DNA of 64,000 bases from Mobula hypostoma (taxonomy: Eukaryota). Positions 50,001-60,775 of the stretch are shown here, piece after piece. Under the pieces are notes generated by a model. It saw only the letters and a list, made by a program, of their open reading frames with translations, did not search any database and was not told where the DNA came from. The position numbers were made by a program, and so were the translations under genes. The DNA lies in assembly GCF_963921235.1 (NCBI RefSeq), contig NC_086108.1, forward strand, positions 2,108,001-2,172,000, read 5' to 3'. Position 1 is the stretch's first letter; each line of letters opens with the position of its first letter.

Positions 50001-50631
50001 GAGGCATTGATCGTGTGGATAATCAGAGGCTTTTTCCCAGGTCTGAAATGGTTGCCACTAGAGGACACAGGTTTAAGGTGCTGGGGAGTAGGTACAGAGG
50101 AGATCAGGGGTAAGTTTTTTACTCAGAGTGGTGAGTGCGTGGAATGGGCTGCAGGGAACGGTGGTGGAGGCGGATATGATGGGGTCTTTTAAGAGACTTT
50201 TAAATAGGTACATGGCGCTTAGAAAAATAGAGGGCTGTAGGTAAGCCTAGTAATTTCTAAGGTAGGGATGTGTTCGGCACAACTTTGTGGACTGAAGGGC
50301 CTGTATTGTGTTGTAGGTTTTCTATGTTCTAAGAGGGCACAATTTCAGGATTGAAGGACGTCCATTTAGAACTGAGATGCAGAGAAGTTACTTTAGTCAG
50401 AGGGTGGTAAATCTGTGGAATTTGTTGCCTTGAGGGGCTTTGGAGGCCAGGTCATTAGGTATATTTAAGGGAGAGATTGATAGGTTCTTGATTAGCCAGG
50501 GCATCAAAGGGTATGGGGTGAAGGCAAGGTTGTGGGTATGACTGGAAGAATTGGATTTGCCCATGATTGAATGGCGGAGCAGACTCGGAAGGGCTGAATG
50601 GCCTACTTCTGCTCCTATATCTTATAGTCTT
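47090..50631 (+). mobile_element. Long degenerate CR1 with ORF1 (Cys-rich plus esterase-like remnant), endonuclease and RT fragments
   Basis: CSGCRMWE...HICARCTEMQLLRD (ORF1), VVYRPPN and IIGDFN (APE), SPGPDGMHPRVLK, SQHGF and RAHLEYWVQFWAP. Confidence 0.9.
49877..50330 (+). mobile_element. CR1 3' end nested in CR1
   Basis: LERWRMRGDLIEVYK with tail TTCTATGTTCT. AAGAG is duplicated at 49872-49876 and 50331-50335. Confidence 0.85.
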
Positions 50632-51092
50632 AATATACATGGCATTTACTTTAACTGATTTATATAGTCCTGTATTAAAATTGTTACAGTTATGTTCAGA
50701 GAAACGGCAGATAGTGTTTAGCCCAGATAAATGTGAGGTGTTGCACCTTGGTAGGGCAGGTGCAAGGAGACAGTACCCTGTTAAGTGTTGCTGAGCAGAG
50801 AGATACTGAGGTCCAAGGCCATAGCTCATTGAAAGTGGCTACACTGATTGATAAGGTCGTTAAGAATGCTTATGGAATGCTTGCTTTTATTGGTGGAGGC
50901 ATTGAGTTCAAAATGAGGTTATGGTGCAAATTTATAAAACTTGGTACGGCCACATCTAGAGAATTGCATACAGTTCTGGTGATCCCACTACAGGAAGGAT
51001 GTTGAGGCTTTGGAGAGGGTGCAGATGAGATTTACTGGGATGCTGCCTGGTTTAGAGGGCATGTGGTATCACGAGAAGCTTGATAAACTTGG

Positions 51093-51910
51093 ACAACAAC
51101 AGGAATTCTGCAGATGCTGGAAATTCAAGCAACACACATCAAAGTTGCTGGTGAACGCAGCAGGCCAGGCAGCATCTCTAGGAAGAGGTGCAGTCGACGT
51201 TTCAGGCCAAGACCCTTCGTCAGGACTAACTGAAGGAGGAGTGAGTAAAGGATTTGAAAGTTGGAGGGGGAGATCCAAAATGATAGGAGAAGACAGGAGG
51301 GGGAGGGATGGAGCCAAGAGCTGGACAGGTGATTGGCAAAAGGGATACGAGAGGATACTGCGTCCGGTGCTCCCGATGTGGCCATTTATATATTGGCGAG
51401 ACCCGACGCAGACTGGGAGACCGCTTTGCTGAACACCTACGCTCTGTCCGCCAGAGAAAGCAGGATCTCCCAGTGGCCACACATTTTAATTCCACATCCC
51501 ATTCCCATTCTGACATGTCTATCCACGGCCTCCTCTACTGTAAAGATGAAGCCACACTCAGGTTGGAGGAGCAACACCTTATATTCCGTCTGGGTAGCCT
51601 CCAACCTGATGGCATGAACATCGACTTCTCTAACTTCCGCTAATGCCCCACCACCCCCTCGTACCCCATCTGTTACTTATTTTTATACACACATTCTTTC
51701 TCTCACTCTCCTTTTTCTCCCTCTGTCCCTTTGAATATACCCCTTGCCCATCCTCTGGGTCCCCCCCCCCCCATCTTTCTTCCCGGACCTCCTGTCCCAT
51801 GATCCTCTTGTATCCCTTTTGCCTATCACCTGTCCAGCTCTTGGCTCCATCCCTCCCCCTCCTGTCTTCTCGTATCTGGCCTGCCTGCTGCGTTCACCAG
51901 CAACTTTGAT
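51093..51910. mobile_element. Penelope-like element: inverted pLTR (-, 51093-~51355) plus GIY-YIG C-terminus and partly deleted pLTR (+)
   Basis: YCVRCSRCGHLYIGETRRRLGDRFAEH is nearly identical to the 19.5-kb copy. TTGATAAACTTGG is duplicated at 51080-51092 and 51906-51918. Confidence 0.9.
51192..51227 (-). ncRNA. Minimal hammerhead motif (intact core)
   Basis: Minus strand AGTCCTGACGAAGGGTCTTGGCCTGAAACGTCGACT. Confidence 0.78.
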
Positions 51911-52454
51911 AAACTTGGGTTGCTTTTCTCTGGAGTACTGGAGGCTGAGGGGAGATCTGATGTTTACAAGGTTATGAGAGGCATAGATAGAGTGGGCAGA
52001 GAGAGTATCTGTTTCTCAGGGATGAAATGTCTAATACCAGAGGGCATGCATTGAAGGTGAGAGGGAGTAGGTTCAAAGGGGATGTGAAGAGCAAGTTTTT
52101 CCACTTGGAGTCATGGATCCCTGGAATGCACTGCCTGGTATGGTGATAGAAGCTAATAAGAGGCTTTGAAGAGATGTTTGGGTAGGAAGATGGAGGGATA
52201 TGGATATGGTGTAGGTAGTAGGGATTAGTGTTTGGTGGTTTTTAATTTGGTTTTTAGCTGGTTTGGTATAACATTGAGGACCAAGTGGCCTGTTCCTGTG
52301 CTGTACTGTTCTATGTTCTAACTTGCCTCTTGCTCTTGCAATGAATTCCAGGTGGTGTTTGTCAAAAACAGACCCTCTGGTTATGTGTCTGGTTCAGTGT
52401 GTCCTTTGGTGACTGACTCTCCTGAAAGTAAGCCAAGCTGCAAAGTTCTGTAGT

Positions 52455-52930
52455 CCAGCGGTGCCGAGGAGGTTCACCGTGTTGATTCCAGAGATGAGGG
52501 GGTGAGACCGTGAGGAGAGATCGAGTCCCCTGGAACTGTACTCACTGGAATTCAGAAGAATGAGAGGAGATCTTACAGAAACATATAAAATTAAGAAAGG
52601 GATAGATAAGTTAGAGGCAGAAGAGTTGTTTCCACCGGTAGGTGAGACAGATCCTCAAGATTCGGGGGAGTAAATTTAAGATGGAGATGAGGAGGAACTG
52701 CTTTTCCCAAAGAGTGGTGAATCTGTGGAATTCTCTGTCCAGTCAAGCAGTGGAGGCTAGCTCGGTAAATATATTTAAGGCACGGTTAGATAGATCTTTG
52801 CATAGTGGGGGAATTAGGAGTTATGGGGAAAAGGCAGGTAGGTGGAGACAAGTCCGTGGTCTTACTGAATGGTGAAACAGGCTCAATGGGCCAGATGGCT
52901 TGTCTCTGCTCCTATTTCTTATGCTCTAAT
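52455..52930 (+). mobile_element. CR1 3' fragment
   Basis: YSLEFRRMRGDL and FSQRVVNLWNSL. Confidence 0.85.
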
Positions 52931-53049
52931 ATTACTAGACTTGCACCAGTCACCCTTTGCTGTGAAGTTTGCTGATCGACTTTGCTTTCAGAAATGTTTT
53001 CATTTTAAAATTCTTAACTCTTACTAACAAATGCTTCTTGATTGTCTTC

Positions 53050-53826
53050 ATTCAGTGGCCAGTATTGGGACTGCTACTTTTCACATTGTTTGTCAGTGAT
53101 TTAGATGGTGGAATTGATGGCTTTGTGGTAAAGTTTGCAGATGATATGAAGATAGGTGGAGGGGTAGGTGGTGCTGAGGAAGCAATGTGATTGCAGCAGG
53201 ACTTAGACAGATTGAAAGAATGGGCAAAAAAGTGGCAGATGAAGTATAGTGTTGGGAAATGTATGATAATGTATTTTGGTAAAAGGAGCAATAGTACCGA
53301 CTGTCATATAAATGTGGAGAAATTTCAAACATCAGAGGTGCAAAGGGACTTGGGAGTCCTCATGGAAGACTTACCAGAAGGTTGATTCACAGGTTGAGTC
53401 TGTGGTAAAGAAGACAAACACAACATTGGCATTTATTTCAAGAGGAATAGAATATAAAAACAAGGAGGTGATGCTGAAGCTTTATAAGACACTAGTTAGG
53501 CTGTATTGTCAACAGTTTTGGCCCCCTTGTCTCAGACAGGATGTATTATCGTTGGAGAGAGTCCAGAGGAGATTCACGAGCATGTTTCAGGGAATGAAGG
53601 GTTTAACATAAGAGTGTTTGGCAACTTTGGGCCTATACTTAATGGAATTTAGAAGGAATCGTGGTGCTCTCATTGAAACCTACCGAATGCTGAAAGGACT
53701 AGATAAGGTGGATATGGAGAGGATGTTCCTTCTGGTGGGGGTTTCCAAAACTGAGGGGGTAACAAATGGCAGAGTGAAGTTGATGGGCTGATTGGCCTAA
53801 TTCTGCTCGTATATCTTATGGTCTTC
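53050..53826 (+). mobile_element. CR1 RT fragment
   Basis: KFADDMKIGG, WAKKWQMKY and LERVQRRFT. Confidence 0.88.
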
Positions 53827-54096
53827 ATTATTTTAATTTTCTATGACCCTATACTTCCCCCAGATCTCCAGTTGTAGTCCATACCCGTGATTTTCCTGGT
53901 TATGCTCTTTCAGCTGGCTAATCCTATTTAGATTTTCCTTCAGGTGAATCTCAATTTACTTTTTTTTTGCTAATATCTGATAGTCATAGAAAGGTACAGC
54001 ACAGAAACAGGCCCTTTGGCCCATCTAGTCCGCATCAAACTATTTAAACTACCAAGTTCCATCAACCTGTACTAATATGGCTTCAAATAAGATTCA

Positions 54097-54365
54097 TGGC
54101 ATGGTAGCATTGTGGTTAGCACAACACTTTACAGTACAAGCGACACAGGTTCAATTCCCTCCGCTACCTGTAAGGAGTTGGTATGTTCTCCCCGTGACCG
54201 CGTAGGTTTCCTCTGGGTGCTACAGTTTCCTCCCATAGTCCAAAGACGTACAGTTGGTAGATTAATTGGTCTCTGTAAATTGTCCCATGATTAGGCTAAG
54301 ATTGGGTGGCATGGCTCAAAGGGCCAGAAGGGCCTATTCCAAGCTGCATCCCAATAAATAAATAA
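54097..54365 (+). mobile_element. Near full-length V-SINE/HE1-like SINE
   Basis: A-box-like TGGTAGCATTGTGG, B-box-like GGTTCAATTCC, V-domain-like GTTCTCCCCGTGACCGCGTAGGTTTCCTC, CR1-like 3' GGGCCAGAAGGGCCTATTCC and (AAAT)n tail. Confidence 0.85.
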
Positions 54366-54894
54366 GTACATTTTTGCTTAAAATTACTCTATTTAAGCAT
54401 CTTGGAACATTTTTCCACAATAGAGGATCTCTATCTGAACTTAAGTTCCTCCATCAAAATTCTCCTTAACTTGAAACACCAGTTTCATTTTGGTGTCTTC
54501 AACTACAAGTTTGTCGAAGCATGCAATCATCTGGTTAGGGTTCAAAGGGGCAATTCAAATTTAATGCCTTGCTTGTATACTACAGTATGTATCTTACCAT
54601 GGGATGTAACCTCAACCAGCTTTTAATGGTGAAAATTCAACTGGTGGGACGACAAAAAAAGTGAATTCCATTAGCCACCATGGAATAAGAAGTTAAAAAA
54701 GGCTATAATCAGTTAATTGAGAGAGATTGCAGGAGGTGATGCTAATTAGTAATAAGTAGAAGGGTGCAATGAAATGGAACATGTTAACTTGTTAATGAGG
54801 ATATGTATACATATCATTCACTTTTGTATTTAAAAAAAAAGCTAGTGAGGAAAGTCTTAAAGGGTGTATCTTTGTTGGTGTTAACATTTTCCTG

Positions 54895-55185
54895 TTTATT
54901 ACTTGCATACTGTCCATTACGCCACTGGTGTTTAAGGCAGCAATGATGGTTTTCTTCATTGCTGTTTCCTTAACAATTTTTTTCCTACCAGTCGAGGTTG
55001 TTAGCTCTGAGTTGAACCTGGTGGACCAATGGACTACTCTTAGTCTGGCCTCTACCCTTTGACCTGTTTGGCATGGGTGACCCTACCAAGGGCCAAAGCA
55101 TAAAGCCCTGACTCCAGCCAACATAGCTCCCTGGGTCATTGAGGCACACAAGCCTCCAAACCCTACGACAAGGTTGTAGTCCTCC
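54895..55185 (-). mobile_element. RTE-derived-like non-autonomous element (copy 4)
   Basis: Same conserved blocks as 30955, 39190 and 42440. Confidence 0.7.
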
Positions 55186-55860
55186 CGGAGACCTGTTGTG
55201 TTAACTTTGCTCCAAATGCTGCAAGGAGGATTCGTTCCAATACTGAAGGTGAGGGGACTTAGCCTCAACTGTTATACATCCTCACTTTATCCCTCTGAGG
55301 AAGCCAGACACTGTTCCAGTGTAAGCATTTACTGAATGATTTGGGAACCTGGGCGGCTGTTGACCTAGTTGTTCTTCCTCTTGGGCCCTTAGCTCCCAGT
55401 GGCACGTAAGCCATTGTCCAAAGTCAATAGTTAGTATGTTTGGAGTTCACCAATATTTCTGCCATCCATTGTATACAGCTTCACCAGCTCCCTGTTTGCC
55501 AGCCTAACCCATTCCACCTCTCACGACGGCGGACATAGGTTTGGACTTTGGCCTTGTTCGCTTCGTGCTTAGGGTGCTGGTTATGTGTTGCTCTGCCATT
55601 CAGAGCCGGCAAACCCCAGATTTTGTTTCAGTAAATGCTGATGCAGTGCTCTTGGCTAGGATGACCAAATAGTTCCCTCAGAGTGAATCACCCTGAGATC
55701 CAGCAACATCCCGCTAAAAAGAGTGTACACACGGCTGGTGAGAAAATTAGCTTGAGCTTGAACTTGTGCAGTCAGATGGATGAATGTTGCTCATCTCCAA
55801 GCAAGAATGGTCTTTAGAGAGTACTATAACACTGAGTGAGTCAGCAGTTAACCTTTATGG

Positions 55861-55922
55861 CAGGGGTTCTCAACCTACGGTCCACGGATCCTACAGCTAA
55901 TGGGGAAGGTTGGGAGCCCCAG
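55861..55922. mobile_element. hAT-like MITE copy
   Basis: CAGGGGTTCTCAACC...GGTTGGGAGCCCCAG inverted ends. Confidence 0.55.
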
Positions 55923-56022
55923 TCTATGGGTAATTTGCATTTCATCCCAAAAACTGGATGTGGCCATTACTTCAACTGCTGATGGGTCTCTATCACAGCT
56001 GGGGCTGCAGGGAACAATAATG

Positions 56023-56286
56023 ACGACATGGTAGCATAGTGGTTAGCACAAAGCTTTACAGTACGGGCGACCTGGGTTCATTTCCACCTGCTGCCTGTAA
56101 AGAGTCTGTATGTTCTCATGATCACATGGGTTTCTTCCCACAGTCCAAAGATATACCGGTTGGTAGGTTAATTAGTCACTGTAAATTGTACTGTGCTTAG
56201 TTGTAGGATTAAATGGGCGGATTATGGGACATGGTTCAAGGGGCCGGAAGGGCCTGTTCTGCACTGCATCTCAATCAATCAATAAA
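56023..56286 (+). mobile_element. V-SINE/HE1-like SINE
   Basis: TGGTAGCATAGTGG head, GGTTCATTTCC B-box-like sequence and (TCAA)n tail. Confidence 0.8.
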
Positions 56287-57104
56287 GAAACAAGGAAAGA
56301 ATTTTTTAAATTATATAATTACTCTGGAGGACAGGGAAAGATATTTCAGATACTTACCAGACTTCATTGTGGCATTTGACCTGATACTGTCAAGGTGTTG
56401 CCTCATGATATCAGCTGCTTAGTATCTAATTTGACACATTTTTAATCTGGTCTCTCTCTCCTTCCCTCTCACCCACCCACCACACCCCCCCTTAAACTGT
56501 GAGGATTTTGTGATGATTATGCCCTTCAAGTTCTGTACCCCACTGCTGAAATTCCTGCTTCATGCATTTCTTTGAAGCTGAGTTATGACCCTACTTCAGT
56601 AATGAGAATGAAATTACACATGGGCTATCTGACTACATTTTACATAACTGCTCTGCTGTCATGCATAACACTTGTCAGCTTGGTTAGGTTGAAGCCGGTC
56701 ACGTTTTAGTTCAGTGTGTTTACTTGCTACGATTAGCTCCTCATCTGCAACTGTTGGGATGAAGAACTGTGAAAATGACCCTTTTAAAAAAAAAACCCGT
56801 GCAACAGCATGCACTCGAGACCATTATGCACACATTTAGCACATGCAAGCCAGAGAACTGACCAAGATGTTAGCGTATATCAAGCAGTTGCTAGGCACTT
56901 ATAATCTGTCAGGAGTTTATAGTTCCTCTTTCTGTTCAACAGCAAATCTTGTTGACAAATCATTAAAATTAGTTGATTGTCTCAACAGTTTCTTCCACGT
57001 TTACAATCAGCTGGTGGTGTTATTCTGGCAAGCCAATAAAAATCTGAGGGAAGCATTGTAAGCATCTGCAGTAGTTGTTGAGTTGGCCATAGGTCGAAGA
57101 AGGC

Positions 57105-58855
57105 TTTTGGAATGCGTGCTTTTATTAGTCGAGGCATTGAGTTCAAAAGTCAGGAGGTTATGTTGCAACTTTATAGAACTCTGGTTAGGCCACATCTGGA
57201 GTACTGCGTACAGTTCTGGTGCCTCACTATAGGAATGATGATGAGACTTTGGAGAAGGTGCAGAAGAAGTTTACAAGAATGCAGCTTGGCTATCACAAGA
57301 GGCAGGATAAACTTGGGTTGTTTTCTCTGGAGCGGTGGAGGTTGAGGAGAGATCTGAGAGTTTTGTAAGACAATGAGAGGCATAGATAGAGTGAACAAGG
57401 GAGTATCTGTTTCTCAGGGTTCAAATGTCTAGTACCAGAGAGCATGCATTGAAGGTGAGGATGGGGGGTGGGTAGGTTCAAGACAATAACATATAGGAGC
57501 AGAATTAGGCCATTTGGTCCATTGAGTCTCCTCCACCATTTTATCATGGCTGATCCAGTTTTCCTCTTAGCCCCAATCTCCTGTCTTAGACCATAAGACT
57601 ATATGTCTAGGAGCAGAATTAGGCCATTCAGCCCATTTCATCATGGCTGACCCTGGATCCCATTCAGCCCCATACATCTGCCTTCACACCATATTCTTTG
57701 AAGCCCAGACTGGTCAGGAATATTATCAACTTCCTCTTTGAATATATCCACAGATTTAGCCACCACCTCAGTCCGTGGCAGAGCATTCCAAAGATTCACC
57801 GCACTTTGGCTAAAAAAATAAAAATTCCTCTTTACTTCTGTTCTGAAAGGTGACCCTGAGTTTTGAAGCTGTGCCCTCTAGTTCTGGATTCCCCCTCTCC
57901 ACATGCACCTTGTCTAGTCCTTTCACCATTCGGTATGTTTCAGTGAGATCCCCACATATTCTTTTAAAGTCCAGTGAGTACAGGCCCAAAGGTGCCAGAT
58001 ACTCCTCATATGTTAACTTCTTTATTTCTGGAATCATCCCTGTGAGCCTCCCCTGGGATCAAAGCTATTGACGATGCTCCTCATATGCCTGTGCCTTCTC
58101 CCCATATCCCTCATACCTTGACCTGTCAAGAAGCTATCAATCTCTGCCTTAAATATGCATAAAGACTTTGCCTCCACAGCTGCCTGTGGTAAAGAATTTC
58201 ACAGATTCACCACTCCTTGGCTAAAGAAATTCCTCATCTCTATTCTAAAAGGATGCCCCTCTATTCTGAAGCTGTGTCTCTCCCATCATAGGAAACACCC
58301 TCAACACATTGACTCTATCGAAGCTTTTCACCATTTGATAGGTTTCAATGAGCTCATTTTTCTGAAGTCCAGTGAATATAGGCCCAGAGCCATCAAATGC
58401 TCTTCATATGAGAAGCCATTTCAATCCTGGAATCATTTTCATGAACCTCCTTTGAATCTTCTCCAGTTTCAGCACATCTTTTTTGAGATAAAGGGCCCAG
58501 AACTGCTCTCAGTGCTCCCAAGTGAGGCCTCACCAGTGCTTTATTACATCCTGGCTGCTATGTTCTAATCCTCTTGAAATGAATCAACACACACAAAATG
58601 CTGAAGGAATTCAGAAGGCCAGGCAGCATCTATGGAAGAGTATAGTCGAAGTTTCGGACTGAGCCCCAAAGAGTCCTGCCAAAGGGTCTTGGCCTGAATT
58701 GTCGACTGTGCTCTTTTCCATAGACACTGCCTAGCCTGCTGAGTTCCTCCAGCAGTTTGTGTGTGTTGCTTGGATTTCCAGCATTTGTAGATTTGCTTTT
58801 TAAGATGAATGCTAACATTGCATTTGCCTTTCTCACCACACTCAATCGGCAAATT
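57105..58855. mobile_element. Cluster of CR1 fragments (+ 57105-57480; - 57481-58855)
   Basis: RPHLEYCVQFW on +. Reverse CR1 tails (CATAAGAC...GGAGCAGAATTAGGCCATT) and LGLYSLDF on -. Confidence 0.8.
58585..58804. mobile_element. ~220-bp fold-back mini-element made of two inverted Penelope pLTR ends with decayed hammerheads
   Basis: CAACACACACAAAATGCTG...AGTCGAAGTTTCGG pairs with GGCCTGAATTGTCGACT...CAGCAGTTTGTGTGTGTTG. ATGAAT is duplicated at 58579-58584 and 58805-58810 inside a CR1. Confidence 0.75.
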
Positions 58856-58857
58856 AA

Positions 58858-59667
58858 CATAGAACATAGAAAACTACAGCACGCTACAGACCCTCAGCCC
58901 ACAATGTTGTGCCAACCTACTCTAGAAACTGCCTGGAATTTCCCTACTACATAGCCCTCTATTTTTCTCAGCTCCACGTACCTGTCTAAGAGGCTCTTTA
59001 AGGATCCTATTGTATCCGCTTACACCACTGCCGCCGGCAGTGCATTCCACACATCCACCACTCTCTGTGTGGGAAAAACTTACCCCTGACATCCCCTGGG
59101 TACCTATTTCCAAGTGCCTTAAAACTATGCCCTCTCATGTTAGCCATTTCAGCCCTGTGAAAAAGCCTCTGACTATCCACCTGATCAATGCCTCTCATCA
59201 TCTTATACACTTCTATCATGTCACCTCTCATCCTCCGTCGCTCCAAGGAGAAAAGGCCAAGTTCACTCAACCTATTCTCATAAGGTATGCCCTCCAATCC
59301 AGGCAACATCCTTGTATATCTCCTCTGCACTTTCTCTATAGCATCCACATCCTTCCTGTCGTGAGGTGACCAGAACTGAACACAGTCTCCAAGTGGGGTC
59401 TGACCAAGGTCTTGTTTAGCTGTAATATTAACTCATGGCTCTTGACCGCAATCCCATGGTTGATGAAGGCCAACACACCATACTCCTCCTTAGCAACATT
59501 GTCGACATACACAGCAGCTTTGAGTGTCCAATGTACATGGACCCCAAGATCTCTCAGATCCTTCACACTACCAAGAGTTTTACCATTAATATTATATTCT
59601 GTCTTCAAATTTGACCTACCAAAATGAACCACTTCACACTTAATCTGGGTTGAAGTCCATCTGCCAC
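58858..59667 (-). mobile_element. CR1 3' part
   Basis: FSLERRRMRGDMIEVYKMM, with reverse tail CATAGAACATAGAA. Confidence 0.88.
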
Positions 59668-60775
59668 TTTTTTTTTAATATACAAAATATCTTTATTACA
59701 AATTCAGTGCTATATGTACAAACCAGTGACTAACACAATTACTAGACTACAAATAGACAATACACATTAAACTAAAATGTTTCCATCTCTGTCAATGATG
59801 GTAATAGCCCCCCCGCCCCCAAGCAGAGCCCAACGGTCCTGGAACGCCTCTATGGTCACCGTGGACAGTGCGTGTTCCTTCTCAATATTTACCCGAGTAC
59901 AAACGTACCCCCTGAACATTGCTAGGCAGTCTGCCCGGGCAGATCCTCCCGCCACCCGTTTTAAAGACCTACAGATGGCTGATTTCGCCAGTCACAGGAG
60001 CAAGCTGACAAGGACATCCTCAACCCTCCATGCCGCCCTCCTTACTGGATGCCCCACATCCTCATCCCTCCATGCCGCCCTCCTTACTGGATGCCCCACA
60101 TCCTCATCCCTCCATGCCCCCCTCCTTACTGGATGCCCCACATCCTCATCCTTCCATGCCCCCCTCCTTACTGGATGCCCCACATCCTCATCCCTCCATG
60201 CCCCCCTCCTTACTGGATGCCCCACATCCTCATCCCTCCATACTGGATGACTGTATATAAATAGGGCGGGGCTAAAATGCAACCAGAAGGCGAGAAGCAG
60301 TCCACGCACTTAGGCAAAAAGGGGCTGCAGCCTCACACACTCCATGTACATGTGGTACACGGTCTCCTCCAGCCCGCAGAAGTGATATTCGGCTGGGAGA
60401 TCCGTGTACAAAGTAAAGAACTTATTGCAAGGCTCCACCCTATGCAGCAGCCTCCACCCCAGATCCCCCAGATGCATGGGAAGAACCCCCTCATAAAGGA
60501 ACTTTCATTGGGGACCTCCCTTACCTCCAGATGGAAAGACACACCGACTGCCATGGCATGTCGGGACGGTAGACAAGGGCTAGGCTGCGGAGCAGCAGCC
60601 CATACCTCCGACTTGCATTCCCTGAATGGGATTGTGGGTGCCCAAGAGAGATGGTTCAAGTTGTGTGGACCCAGCTCTCGGATAAGATTGCGTGGCCTGG
60701 GTCCGACTAGCAGCTCAGCCTGTGTTGTTCCACAGACCTGAGCTGCACCGACATCCATTGAGGCAGGGCAAGGGT
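59668..60775 (-). mobile_element. Tx1/L1-clade LINE 3' fragment with poly(A)
   Basis: T-run at 59668-59677. ORF2 C-terminus LLAFWLHFSPALFIYSHPV...CLAMFRGYVCTRVNIEKEHA...AFQDRWAL, plus Cys/His remnant CPFCL...VD and HVHMEC. Confidence 0.75.
60014..60250. repeat. 42-bp minisatellite, ~5.5 copies, inside Tx1 ORF2
   Basis: Unit CTCATCCCTCCATGCC(G/C)CCCTCCTTACTGGATGCCCCACATC. Confidence 0.95.

Larger units (their letters stand above)
50690..52320 (+). mobile_element. CR1 3' part interrupted by a Penelope element
   Basis: PDKCEVLHLGR...ERVQMRFTGMLPGL...KLDKLG|Penelope|CFSLEYWRLRGDL, ending in a TTCTATGTTCTA tail. Confidence 0.85.

Noticed and set aside
56440..56560. Candidate terminal exon 6 after a pyrimidine tract
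   Set aside because: Weak GAG acceptor and no IkB-like EYDD tail in the required frame.
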